A stretch of 64,000 nt of DNA from Bugula neritina (Eukaryota; Animalia; Bryozoa): assembly GCA_964035545.1 (NCBI GenBank), contig CAXIUT010000230.1, forward strand, positions 124,001 through 188,000. Direction: 5' to 3'. The translations under genes and the position numbers were made by a program. The notes under the pieces were generated by a model that saw only the letters and a program-made list of their open reading frames with translations, was not told the origin of the DNA and made no database searches. Below, one piece after another: positions 33,401 through 49,200 of this stretch (the stretch's first letter is position 1; the number at the start of each line of letters is the position of its first letter).

Positions 33401-36400
33401 GCGACACATTGCAATATACTGTAACATACTGAAATATGCTGTAGCACACTGTAACTCACTGAAATATACTGCAACATACTGAAATACACTGTAACATATT
33501 GAAATATACTGCAACATACTGAAATACAGTGCTACATACTGAAATATACTGCAACATACTGCAACATATTGAAATACACTGTAACATACTGAAATACACT
33601 GCAACATACTACAACATATTGAAAGACACTGCAACACATTGAAATATACTGCAACATACCTAAATATACGGTAATATACAGAAATATACTGTAACACATT
33701 GAAAAACACTGCAACATACTGAAATACACTGCAACACACTGAAATACACCGCAAAATACTACAACATACTGAAATGCACTGTAACATATTGAAATACACT
33801 GCAACACATTGAAATATACTGCAATGTACCAAAATATATGGTAAACTACAGAAATATACTGACACACATCGCAATATACTGTAACATACTGAAATATGCT
33901 GTAGCACACTGAAATACACTGCAACTCACTGAAATACACTGCAACATACTGAAATACACTGTAACATAATGAAATATACTGCAACATACTGCAACATACT
34001 GAAATACATTGCAACACACTGAAATACACTGCAAAACACTGTAACACACTGAAATATACTGCAATGTACCGAAATATATGGTAAACTACTGAAATATACT
34101 GTCACACATTGAAAAATACTGCAACATACTGAAATATACTGCGACACATTGCAATATACTGTAACATACTGACATATGCTGTAGCACACTGAAATACACT
34201 GCAACTCACTGAAATATACTGCAACATACTGAAATACACTTCAACACATTGAAATATACTGCAACATACTGAAATACAGTGCTACATACTGAAATATACT
34301 GCAACATACTGCAACATAGTGAAATACACTGTAACATACTGAAATACACTGCAACATACTGCAACATACTGAAATACACTGCAACACACTGAAATACACT
34401 GCAAAATACTGTAACACACTGAATTATACTGCAATACACTGCAACATACCGCAACATACTAAAATATACTGCAACATACTGAAATACACTTTAACATACT
34501 GAAATATACTGCAACATACTGAAATACGCTGCTACATACTGAAATATACTGCAACACACTGCAACATACTGCAACATACTAAAATACACTGTAACATATT
34601 GAAATACACTGCAACACATTGAAATATACTGCAAAATACTGAAATACACTGCTACATACTGAAATATACTGCGACACACTGCAACATACTGCAACATACT
34701 AAAATATACTGCAACATACTGAAATACACTGCTAAATACTGAAATACACTGTAACATACTGAAACACACTGCAAAATACTACAACATATTGAAATACACT
34801 GCAATACATTGAAATATACTGCAACATACCTAAATATACGGTAATATACTGAAATATACTGTAACACATTGAAAAATACTACAAAATACTGAAATACACT
34901 GCAACATACTACAACATACTGAAATACGCTGTAATACATTGAAATACACTGCAACACCTTGAAATATACTGTAACTCGCTGAAACATACTGTAACTCACT
35001 GAAATATAGTGTAATATACGGAAATGTACTGTAAAATACTGGAATATACTGTAACACACTGAAATATACTGCAACGTACTGAAATACACTGTAACATACT
35101 GAATTATACTGCAACATCCTGCAACATACTGAAATACACTGTAACATACTGAAATACACTGCAACACACTGCAACATACTGCAACATACTAAAATATACT
35201 GCAACATACTGAAATACACTGCAAAATACTGAAATACACTGTAACACACTGAAATATACTGCAACATACTGCAACATACTAAAATATGCTGCAACATACT
35301 GAAATACACTGCAAAACACTGAAATACACTATAAAATACTGAAATATACTGCAACACACTGCAACATACTGCAACATGCTAAAATATACTGCAACATACT
35401 GAAATACACTGCAAAATACTGAAATACACTGTAACATACTGAAATATACTGCAACATACTGAAATACACTGCTACATACTGAAATATACTGCAACACACT
35501 GCAACATACTGCAACATACTAAAATACACTGCAACATAATGAAATACACTGCAACACATTGAAATATACTGCATGCAAAATACTGAAATACACTGCTACA
35601 TACTGAAATATACTGCAACACACTGCAACATACTGCAACATACTAAAATATACTGCAACATACTGAAATACACTGCAAAATACTGAAATACACTGTAACA
35701 TACTGAAATATACTGCAACACACTGCAACATACTGCAACATACTAAAATACACTGTAACATATTGAAATACACTGCAACACAGTGAAATATACTGCAATG
35801 TACCGAAATATATGGTGAACTGCTGAAATATACTGTCACACATTGAAAAATACTGCAACATACTGAAATATACTGTAACATACTGAAATACGCTGTAGCA
35901 CACTGAAATACACTGCAACTCACTGAAATATACTGCAATATACTGAAATACACTGTAACATATTGAAAATTACTGCAGCATAGTGCAACATACTGAAATA
36001 CACTGTAACATACTGAAATACACTGCAAAATACTACAACATATTGAAATACACTGCAACACATTGAAATATACTGCAACATACCTAAATATACGGTAAGA
36101 TACTGAAATAAACTGTAACACATTGAAAAATACTGCAACATACTGAAAGATACTGCAAGATACTGCAACATACTGAACTACACTGTAACATAATGAAACA
36201 CACTGCAACATACTGTATTATACTGACATGCACTGGAACATATTGAAATACACTGCAACAAATTGAAGTATACTGCAACACACTGAAACATACGGCAACA
36301 TACTGAAATATACTGCAACAGATTGATATATACAGCAACATACTGAAATATACTGCGAAACAATGCAATATACTGTAACATACTGAAATATGCTGTAGCA

Positions 36401-39400
36401 CACTGAAATACACTGCAACTCACTGAAATATACCGCAACATACTGAAATACACTGTAACATATTGAAATATACTGCAACATACTGCAACATACTGAAATA
36501 CACTGTAACATACTGAAATACACTGCAACACACTGCAACATACTGCAACATACTAAAATATACTGCAACATACTGAAATACACTGCAAAATACTGAATTA
36601 CACTGTAACACACTGAAATATACTGCAACATACTGAAATACACTGTAACATACTGAATTATACTGCAACATCCTGCAACATACTGAAATACACTTTAACA
36701 TACTGAAATATACTGCAACATACTGAAATACACTGCTACATACTGAAATATACTGCAACACACTGCAACATACTGCAACATACTAAAATACACTGTAACA
36801 TATTGAAATACACTGCAACACATTGAAATATACTGCAAAATACTGAAATACACTGCTACATACTGAAATATACTGCGACACACTGCAACATACTGCAACA
36901 TACCAAAATATACTTCAACATACTGAAATACACTGCAAAATACTGAAATATACTGCAACATACTGAAATACACTGCAAAATACTGAAATACACTGTAACA
37001 TTCTGAAATATACTGCAACATACTGAAATACACTGCTACATACTGAAATATACTGCAACACACTGCAACATACTGCAACATACTAAAACACACTGTAACA
37101 TAATGAAATACACTGCAACACATTGAAATATACTGCATGCAAAATACTGAAATACACTGTTACATACTGAAATATACTGCAACACACTGCAACATACTGC
37201 AACATACTAAAATATACTGCAACATACTGAAATACACTGCAAAATACTGAAATACACTGTAACATACTGAAATATACTGCAACACACTGCAACATACTGC
37301 AACATACTAAAATACACTGTAACATATTGAAATACACTGCAACACAGTGAAATATACTGCAATGTACCGAAATATATGGTGAACTGCTGAAATATACTGT
37401 CACACATTGAAAAATACTGCAACATACTGAAATATACTGCGACACATTGCAATATACTGTAACATACTGAAATATGCTGTAGCACACTGCAACTCACTGA
37501 AATATACTGCAACATACTGAAATACACTGTAACATATTGAAATATACTGCAACATACTGAAATACAGTGCTACATACTGAAATATACTGCAACATACTGC
37601 AACATATTGAAATACACTGTAACATACTGAAATACACTGCAACATACTACAACATATTGAAAGACACTGCAACACATTGAAATATACTGCAACATACCTA
37701 AATATACGGTAATATACAGAAATATACTGTAACACATTGAAAAACACTGCAACATACTGAAATACACTGCAACACACTGAAATACACCGCAAAATACTAC
37801 AACATACTGAAATGCACTGTAACATATTGAAATACACTGCAACACATTGAAATATACTGCAATGTACCAAAATATATGGTAAACTACAGAAATATACTGA
37901 CACACATCGCAATATACTGTAACATACTGAAATATGCTGTAGCACACTGAAATACACTGCAACTCACTGAAATACACTGCAACATACTGAAATACACTGT
38001 AACATAATGAAATATACTGCAACATACTGCAACATACTGAAATACATTGCAACACACTGAAATACACTGCAAAACACTGTAACACACTGAAATATACTGC
38101 AATGTACCGAAATATATGGTAAACTACTGAAATATACTGTCACACATTGAAAAATACTGCAACATACTGAAATATACTGCGACACATTGCAATATACTGT
38201 AACATACTGACATATGCTGTAGCACACTGAAATACACTGCAACTCACTGAAATATACTGCAACATACTGAAATACACTTCAACACATTGAAATATACTGC
38301 AACATACTGAAATACAGTGCTACATACTGAAATATACTGCAACATACTGCAACATAGTGAAATACACTGTAACATACTGAAATACACTGCAACATACTGC
38401 AACATACTGAAATACACTGCAACACACTGAAATACACTGCAAAATACTGTAACACACTGAATTATACTGCAATACACTGCAACATACCGCAACATACTAA
38501 AATATACTGCAACATACTGAAATACACTTTAACATACTGAAATATACTGCAACATACTGAAATACGCTGCTACATACTGAAATATACTGCAACACACTGC
38601 AACATACTGCAACATACTAAAATACACTGTAACATATTGAAATACACTGCAACACATTGAAATATACTGCAAAATACTGAAATACACTGCTACATACTGA
38701 AATATACTGCGACACACTGCAACATACTGCAACATACTAAAATATACTGCAACATACTGAAATACACTGCTAAATACTGAAATACACTGTAACATACTGA
38801 AACACACTGCAAAATACTACAACATATTGAAATACACTGCAATACATTGAAATATACTGCAACATACCTAAATATACGGTAATATACTGAAATATACTGT
38901 AACACATTGAAAAATACTACAAAATACTGAAATACACTGCAACATACTACAACATACTGAAATACGCTGTAATACATTGAAATACACTGCAACACCTTGA
39001 AATATACTGTAACTCGCTGAAACATACTGTAACTCACTGAAATATAGTGTAATATACGGAAATGTACTGTAAAATACTGGAATATACTGTAACACACTGA
39101 AATATACTGCAACATACTGAAATACACTGTAACATACTGAATTATACTGCAACATCCTGCAACATACTGAAATACACTGTAACATACTGAAATACACTGC
39201 AACACACTGCAACATACTGCAACATACTAAAATATACTGCAACATACTGAAATACACTGCAAAATACTGAAATACACTGTAACACACTGAAATATACTGC
39301 AACATACTGCAACATACTAAAATATGCTGCAACATACTGAAATACACTGCAAAATACTGAAATACACTATAAAATACTGAAATATACTGCAACACACTGC

Positions 39401-40680
39401 AACATACCGCAACATGCTAAAATATACTGCAACATACTGAAATACACTGCAAAATACTGAAATACACTGTAACATACTGAAATATACTGCAACATACTGA
39501 AATACACTGCTACATACTGAAATATACTGCAACACACTGCAACATACTGCAACATACTAAAATACACTGCAACATAATGAAATACACTGCAACACATTGA
39601 AATATACTGCATGCAAAATACTGAAATACACTGCTACATACTGAAATATACTGCAACACACTGCAACATACTGCAACATACTAAAATATACTGCAACATA
39701 CTGAAATACACTGCAAAATACTGAAATACACTGTAACATACTGAAATATACTGCAACACACTGCAACATACTGCAACATACTAAAATACACTGTAACATA
39801 TTGAAATACACTGCAACACAGTGAAATATACTGCAATGTACCGAAATATATGGTGAACTGCTGAAATATACTGTCACACATTGAAAAATACTGCAACATA
39901 CTGAAATATACTGTAACATACTGAAATACGCTGTAGCACACTGAAATACACTGCAACTCACTGAAATATACTGCAATATACTGAAATACACTGTAACATA
40001 TTGAAAAATACTGCAGCATAGTGCAACATACTGAAATACACTGTAACATACTGAAATACACTGCAAAATACTACAACATATTGAAATACACTGCAACACA
40101 TTGAAATATACTGCAACATACCTAAATATACGGTAAGATACTGAAATAAACTGTAACACATTGAAAAATACTGCAACATACTGAAAGATACTGCAAGATA
40201 CTGCGACATACTGAACTACACTGTAACATAATGAAACACACTGCAACATACTGTATTATACTGAAATGCACTGGAACATATTGAAATACACTGCAACAAA
40301 TTGAAGTATACTGCAACACACTGAAACATACGGCAACATACTGAAATATACTGCAACAGATTGATATATCCAGCAACATACTGAAATATACTGCGAAACA
40401 ATGCAATATACTGTAACATACTGAAATATGCTGTAGCACACTGAAATACACTGCAACTCACTGAAATATACCGCAACATACTGAAATACACTGTAACATA
40501 TTGAAATATACTGCAACATACTGCAACATACTGAAATACACTGTAACATACTGAAATACACTGCAACACACTGCAACATACTGCAACATACTAAAATATA
40601 CTGCAACATACTGAAATACACTGCAAAATACTGAATTACACTGTAACACACTGAAATATACTGCAACATACTGAAATACA
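29520..40680 (+). repeat. Domain 3: 4038-bp HOR, about 2.8 tandem copies
   Basis: GCATGC spacing 31533-33097-35571-37135-39609 (1564+2474=4038). Identical or near-identical translated blocks at 30168/34206/38244, 32046/36084/40122 and 32657/36695. Confidence 0.93.
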
Positions 40681-43200
40681 CTGTAACATAATGAAATATA
40701 CTGCAACATACTGCAACATACTGAAATACATTGCAACACACTGAAATACACTGCAAAACACTGTAACACACTGAAATATACTGCAATGTACCGAAATATA
40801 TGGTAAACTACTGAAATATACTGTCACACATTGAAAAATACTGCAACATACTGAAATATACTGCGACACATTGCAATATACTGTAACATACTGACATATG
40901 CTGTAGCACACTGAAATACACTGCAACTCACTGAAATATACTGCAACATACTGAAATACACTTCAACACATTGAAATATACTGCAACATACTGAAATACA
41001 GTGCTACATACTGAAATATACTGCAACATACTGCAACATAGTGAAATACACTGTAACATACTGAAATACACTGCAACATACTGCAACATACTGAAATACA
41101 CTGCAACACACTGAAATACACTGCAAAATACTGTAACACACTGAATTATACTGCAATACACTGCAACATACCGCAACATACTAAAATATACTGCAACATA
41201 CTGAAATACACTTTAACATACTGAAATATACTGCAACATACTGAAATACGCTGCTACATACTGAAATATACTGCAACACACTGCAACATACTGCAACATA
41301 CTAAAATACACTGTAACATATTGAAATACACTGCAACACATTGAAATATACTGCAAAATACTGAAATACACTGCTACATACTGAAATATACTGCGACACA
41401 CTGCAACATACTGCAACATACTAAAATATACTGCAACATACTGAAATACACTGCTAAATACTGAAATACACTGTAACATACTGAAACACACTGCAAAATA
41501 CTACAACATATTGAAATACACTGCAATACATTGAAATATACTGCAACATACCTAAATATACGGTAATATACTGAAATATACTGTAACACATTGAAAAATA
41601 CTACAAAATACTGAAATACACTGCAACATACTACAACATACTGAAATACGCTGTAATACATTGAAATACACTGCAACACCTTGAAATATACTGTAACTCG
41701 CTGAAACATACTGTAACTCACTGAAATATAGTGTAATATACGGAAATGTACTGTAAAATACTGGAATATACTGTAACACACTGAAATATACTGCAACATA
41801 CTGAAATACACTGTAACATACTGAATTATACTGCAACATCCTGCAACATACTGAAATACACTGTAACATACTGAAATACACTGCAACACACTGCAACATA
41901 CTGCAACATACTAAAATATACTGCAACATACTGAAATACACTGCAAAATACTGAAATACACTGTAACACACTGAAATATACTGCAACATACTGCAACATA
42001 CTAAAATATGCTGCAACATACTGAAATACACTGCAAAATACTGAAATACACTATAACATACTGAAATATACTGCAACACACTGCAACATACCGCAACATG
42101 CTAAAATATACTGCAACATACTGAAATACACTGCAAAATACTGAAATACACTGTAACATACTGAAATATACTGCAACATACTGAAATACACTGCTACATA
42201 CTGAAATATACTGCAACACACTGCAACATACTGCAACATACTAAAATACACTGCAACATAATGAAATACACTGCAACACACTGAAATATACTGCATGCAA
42301 AATACTGAAATACACTGCTACATACTGAAATATACTGCAACACACTGCAACATACTGCAACATACTAAAATAAACTGCAACATACTGAAATACACTGCAA
42401 AATACTGAAATACACTGTAACATACTGAAATATACTGCAACACACTGCAACATACTGCAACATACTAAAATACACTGTAACATATTGAAATACACTGCAA
42501 CACAGTGAAATATACTGCAACATACCGAGATATATTGTAAACTACAGAAATATACTGACACACATTGAAAAATACTGCAACATACTGAAATATACTGTAA
42601 CATACTGAAATACGCTGTAGCACACTGAAATACACTGCAACTCACTGAAATATACTGCAATATACTGAAATACACTGTAACATATTGAAAAATACTGCAG
42701 CATAGTGCAACATACTGAAATACACTGTAACATACTGAAATACACTGCAAAATACTACAACATATTGAAATACACTGCAACACATTGAAATATACTGCAA
42801 CATACCTAAATATACGGTAAGATACTGAAATAAACTGTAACACATTGAAAAATACTGCAACATACTGAAAGATACTGCAAGATACTGCAACATACTGAAC
42901 TACACTGTAACATAATGAAACACACTGCAACATACTGTATTATACTGACATGCACTGGAACATATTGAAATACACTGCAACAAATTGAAGTATACTGCAA
43001 CACACTGAAACATACGGCAACATACTGAAATATACTGCAACAGATTGATATATACAGCAACATACTGAAATATACTGCGAAACAATGCAATATACTGTAA
43101 CATACTGAAATATGCTGTAGCACACTGAAATACACTGCAACTCACTGAAATATACCGCAACATACTGAAATACACTGTAACATATTGAAATATACTGCAA
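37970..43200 (+). repeat. 2684-bp offset repeat (truncated derivative of the 4038-bp unit)
   Basis: Blocks 38244/40928, 38690/41374, 39557/42241 and 40122/42806; GCATGC at 39609 and 42293. Confidence 0.85.
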
Positions 43201-46200
43201 AATACTGCAACATACTGAAATACACTGGAACATATTGAAATACACTGCAACAAATTGAAGTATACTGCAACACACTGAAACACACTGAAATACACCGCAA
43301 AACACTACAACATACTGAAACATATTGCAACATACTGAAATACACTACTACATACTGAAATATACTGCAACATACTGCACCATACTGAAATGCACTGCAA
43401 CACACTAAAATACACCGCCAAATACTACAACATACTGAAATGCACTGTAACATATTGAAATACACTGCAACACATTGAAATATACTGTAACATACCTAAA
43501 TATACGGTAATATACCAAAATATACTGTAACACATTTAAAAATACTGCAACATACTGAAATACACTGCAACACACTGAAATACACTGCAAAATACTGTAA
43601 CACACTGAAATATACTGCAATACACTGCAACATACTGCAACATACTAAAATATACTGCAACATACTGAAATACACTGCAAAATACTGAAATACACTTTAA
43701 CATACTGAAATATACTGCAACACACTGAAATACACTGCTACATACTGAAATATACTGCAACACACTGCAACATACTGCAACATACTAAAATACACTGTAA
43801 CATATTGAAATACACTGCAACACATTGAAATATACTGCAAAATACTGAAATACACTGCTACATACTGAAATATACTGCGACGCACTGCAACATACTGCAA
43901 CATACTAAAATATACTGCAACATACTGAAATACACTGCAAAATACTGAAATACACTGTAACATACTGAAATATACTGCAACATACTGAAATACATTGCTA
44001 CATACTGAAATATACTGCAACACACTGCAACATACTGCAACATACTAAAATATACTGCAACATACTGAAATATACTGCAACATACTAAAATACACTATAA
44101 CATATTGAAATACACTGCAGCACATTGAAATATACTGCAATGTACCGAAATATATGGTAAACTACTGAAATATACTGTCACACATTGAAAAATACTGCAA
44201 CATACTGAAATATACTGCGACACATTGCAATATACTGTAACATACTGAAATATGCTGTAGCACACTGAAATACACTGCAACTCACTGAAATATACTGCAA
44301 CATACTGAAATACACTTCAACACATTGAAATATACTGCAACATACTGAAATACAGTGCTACATACTGAAATATACTGCAACATACTGTAACATAGTGAAA
44401 TACACTGTAACATACTGAAATACACTGCAACATACTACAACATATTGAAATACACTGCAACACATTGAAATATACTGTAACATACCTAAATATACAGTAA
44501 TATACCAAAATATACTGTAACACATTTAAAAAAACTGCAACATACTGAAATACACTGCAACACACTGAAATACACTGCAAAATACTGTAACACACTGAAA
44601 TATACTGCAATATACTGAAATACACTGCAAAATACTGAAATACACTTTAACATACTGAAATATACTGCAACATACTGAAATACACTGCTACATACTGAAA
44701 TATACTGCAACACACTGCAACATACTGCAACAACCTAAAATACACTGTAACATATTGAAATAGACTGCAACACATTGAAATATACTGCAAAATACTGAAA
44801 TACACTGCTACATACTGAAATATACTGCAACACACTGCAACATACTGCAACATACTAAAATATACTGCAACATACTGAAATACACTGCTAAATACTGAAA
44901 TACACTGTAACATACTGAAATACACTGCAAAATACTACAACATATTGAAATACACTGCAATACATTGAAATATACTGCAACATACCTAAATATACGGTAA
45001 TATACTGAAATATACTGTAACACATTGAAATACACTGCTACATACTGAAATATACTGCAACACACTGCAACATACTGCAACATACTAAAATACACTGTAA
45101 CATATTGAAATACACTGCAACACATTGAAATATACTGCAAAATACTGAAATACACTGCTACATACTGAAATATACTGCGACGCACTGCAACATACTGCAA
45201 CATACTAAAATATACTGCAACATACTGAAATACACTGCAAAATACTGAAATACACTGTAACATACTGAAATATACTGCAACATACTGAAATACATTGCTA
45301 CATACTGAAATATACTGCAACACACTGCAACATACTGCAACATACTAAAATATACTGCAACATACTGAAATATACTGCAACATACTAAAATACACTATAA
45401 CATATTGAAATACACTGCAGCACATTGAAATATACTGCAATGTACCGAAATATATGGTAAACTACTGAAATATACTGTCACACATTGAAAAATACTGCAA
45501 CATACTGAAATATACTGCGACACATTGCAATATACTGTAACATACTGAAATATGCTGTAGCACACTGAAATACACTGCAACTCACTGAAATATACTGCAA
45601 CATACTGAAATACACTTCAACACATTGAAATATACTGCAACATACTGAAATACAGTGCTACATACTGAAATATACTGCAACATACTGTAACATAGTGAAA
45701 TACACTGTAACATACTGAAATACACTGCAACATACTACAACATATTGAAATACACTGCAACACATTGAAATATACTGTAACATACCTAAATATACAGTAA
45801 TATACCAAAATATACTGTAACACATTTAAAAAAACTGCAACATACTGAAATACACTGCAACACACTGAAATACACTGCAAAATACTGTAACACACTGAAA
45901 TATACTGCAATATACTGAAATACACTGCAAAATACTGAAATACACTTTAACATACTGAAATATACTGCAACATACTGAAATACACTGCTACATACTGAAA
46001 TATACTGCAACACACTGCAACATACTGCAACAACCTAAAATACACTGTAACATATTGAAATAGACTGCAACACATTGAAATATACTGCAAAATACTGAAA
46101 TACACTGCTACATACTGAAATATACTGCAACACACTGCAACATACTGCAACATACTAAAATATACTGCAACATACTGAAATACACTGCTAAATACTGAAA

Positions 46201-49200
46201 TACACTGTAACATACTGAAATACACTGCAAAATACTACAACATATTGAAATACACTGCAATACATTGAAATATACTGCAACATACCTAAATATACGGTAA
46301 TATACTGAAATATACTGTAACACATTGAAAAATACTACAAAATACTGAAATACACTGCAACATACTACAACATACTGAAATACGCTGTAATACATTGAAA
46401 TACACTGCAACACATTGAAATATACTGTAACGCGCTGAAACATACCGTAACTCCCTGAAATATAGTGTAATATACGGAAATGTACTGTAAAATACTGGAA
46501 TATACTGTAACACACTGAAATATACTGCAACATACTGAAATACACTGTAACATACTGAATTATACTGCAACATCCTGCAACATACTGAAATACACTGTAA
46601 CATACTGAAATACACTGCAACACACTGCAACATACTGCAACATACTAAAATATACTGCAACATACTGAAATACACTGTAACATACTGAAATACACTGCAA
46701 AATACTACAACATATTGAAATACACTGCAACATACCTAAATATACGGCAAGATACTGAAATATACTGTAACACATTAAAAAGTACAGCAACATACTGAAA
46801 GATACTGCAAGATACTGCAACATACTAAAATACACTGTAACATAATGAAACACACTGCAACATACTGCATTATACTGACATACACTGGAACATAATGAAA
46901 TACACTGCAACAAATTGAAGTATACTGCAACACACCGAAACATACGGCAACATACTGAAATATACTGCGACAGATTGAAATGTACAGCAACATACTGAAA
47001 TATACTGCGACACATTGCAATATACTGCAACATACTGAAATACGCGGTAATATATTGAAATACACTGCAACACATTGAAATATACTGCAACATACTGAAA
47101 TATACTGCGACACATTGCAATATACTGTAACATACTGAAATATGCTGTAGCACATTGAAATACACTGCAACTCACTGAAATATACTGCAACATACTGAAA
47201 TACACTGTAACATATTGAAATACACTGCAACATACTGAAATACAGTGCTACATACTGAAATATACTGCAACATACTGCAACATACTGAAATACACTGTAA
47301 CAAACTGAAATACACTGCAACATACTACAACATTTTGAAACACACTGCAACACATTGAAATATACTGCAACATACTGAAATATACTGCTACATACTGAAA
47401 TATACTGCAACACACTGCAACATACTGCAACATACTAAAATACACTGTAACATATTGAAATACACTGCAACACATTGAAATATACTGCAAAATACTGAAA
47501 TACACTGCTACATACTGAAATATACTGCGACACACTGCAACATACTGCAACATACTGCAACATACTAAAATATACTGCAACATACTGAAATACACTGCTA
47601 AATACTGAAATACACTGTAACATACTGAAACACACTGCAAAATACTACAACATATTGAAATACACTGCAATACATTGAAATATACTGCAACATACCTAAA
47701 TATACGGTAATATACTGAAATATACTGTAACACATTGAAAAATACTACAAAATACTGAAATACACTGCAACATACTACAACATACTGAAATACGCTGTAA
47801 TACATTGAAATACACTGCAACACCTTGAAATATACTGTAACTCGCTGAAACATACTGTAACTCACTGAAATATAGTGTAATATACGGAAAGGTACTGTAA
47901 AATACTGGAATATACTGTAACACACTGAAATATACTGCAACATACTGAAATACACTGTAACATACTGAATTATACTGCAACATCCTGCAACATACTGAAA
48001 TACACTGTAACATACTGAAATACACTGCAACACACTGCAACATACTGCAACATACTAAAATATACTGCAACATACTGAAATACACTGCAAAATACTGAAA
48101 TACACTGTAACACACTGAAATATACTGCAACATACTGCAACATACTAAAATATGCTGCAACATACTGAAATACACTGCAAAATACTGAAATACACTATAA
48201 CATACTGAAATATACTGCAACAAACTGCAACATACCGCAACATGCTAAAATATACTGCAACATACTGAAATACACTGCAAAATACTGAAATACACTGTAA
48301 CATACTGAAATATACTGCAACATACTGAAATACACTGCTACATACTGAAATATACTGCAACACACTGCAACATACTGCAACATACTAAAATACACTGCAA
48401 CATAATGAAATACACTGCAACACATTGAAATATACTGCATGCAAAATACTGAAATACACTGCTACATACTGAAATATACTGCAACACACTGCAACATACT
48501 GCAACATACTAAAATATACTGCAACATACTGAAATACACTGCAAAATACTGAAATACACTGTAACATACTGAAATATACTGCAACACACTGCAACATACT
48601 GCAACATACTAAAATACACTGTAACATATTGAAATACACTGCAACACAGTGAAATATACTGCAATGTACCGAAATATATGGTGAACTGCTGAAATATACT
48701 GTCACACATTGAAAAATACTGCAACATACTGAAATATACTGTAACATACTGAAATACGCTGTAGCACACTGAAATACACTGCAACTCACTGAAATATACT
48801 GCAATATACTGAAATACACTGTAACATATTGAAAAATACTGCAGCATAGTGCAACATACTGAAATACACTGTAACATACTGAAATACACTGCAAAATACT
48901 ACAACATATTGAAATACACTGCAACACATTGAAATATACTGCAACATACCTAAATATACGGTAAGATACTGAAATAAACTGTAACACATTGAAAAATACT
49001 GCAACATACTGAAAGATACTGCAAGATACTGCAACATACTGAACTACACTGTAACATAATGAAACACACTGCAACATACTGTATTATACTGACATGCACT
49101 GGAACATATTGAAATACACTGCAACAAATTGAAGTATACTGCAACACACTGAAACATACGGCAACATACTGAAATATACTGCAACAGATTGATATATACA

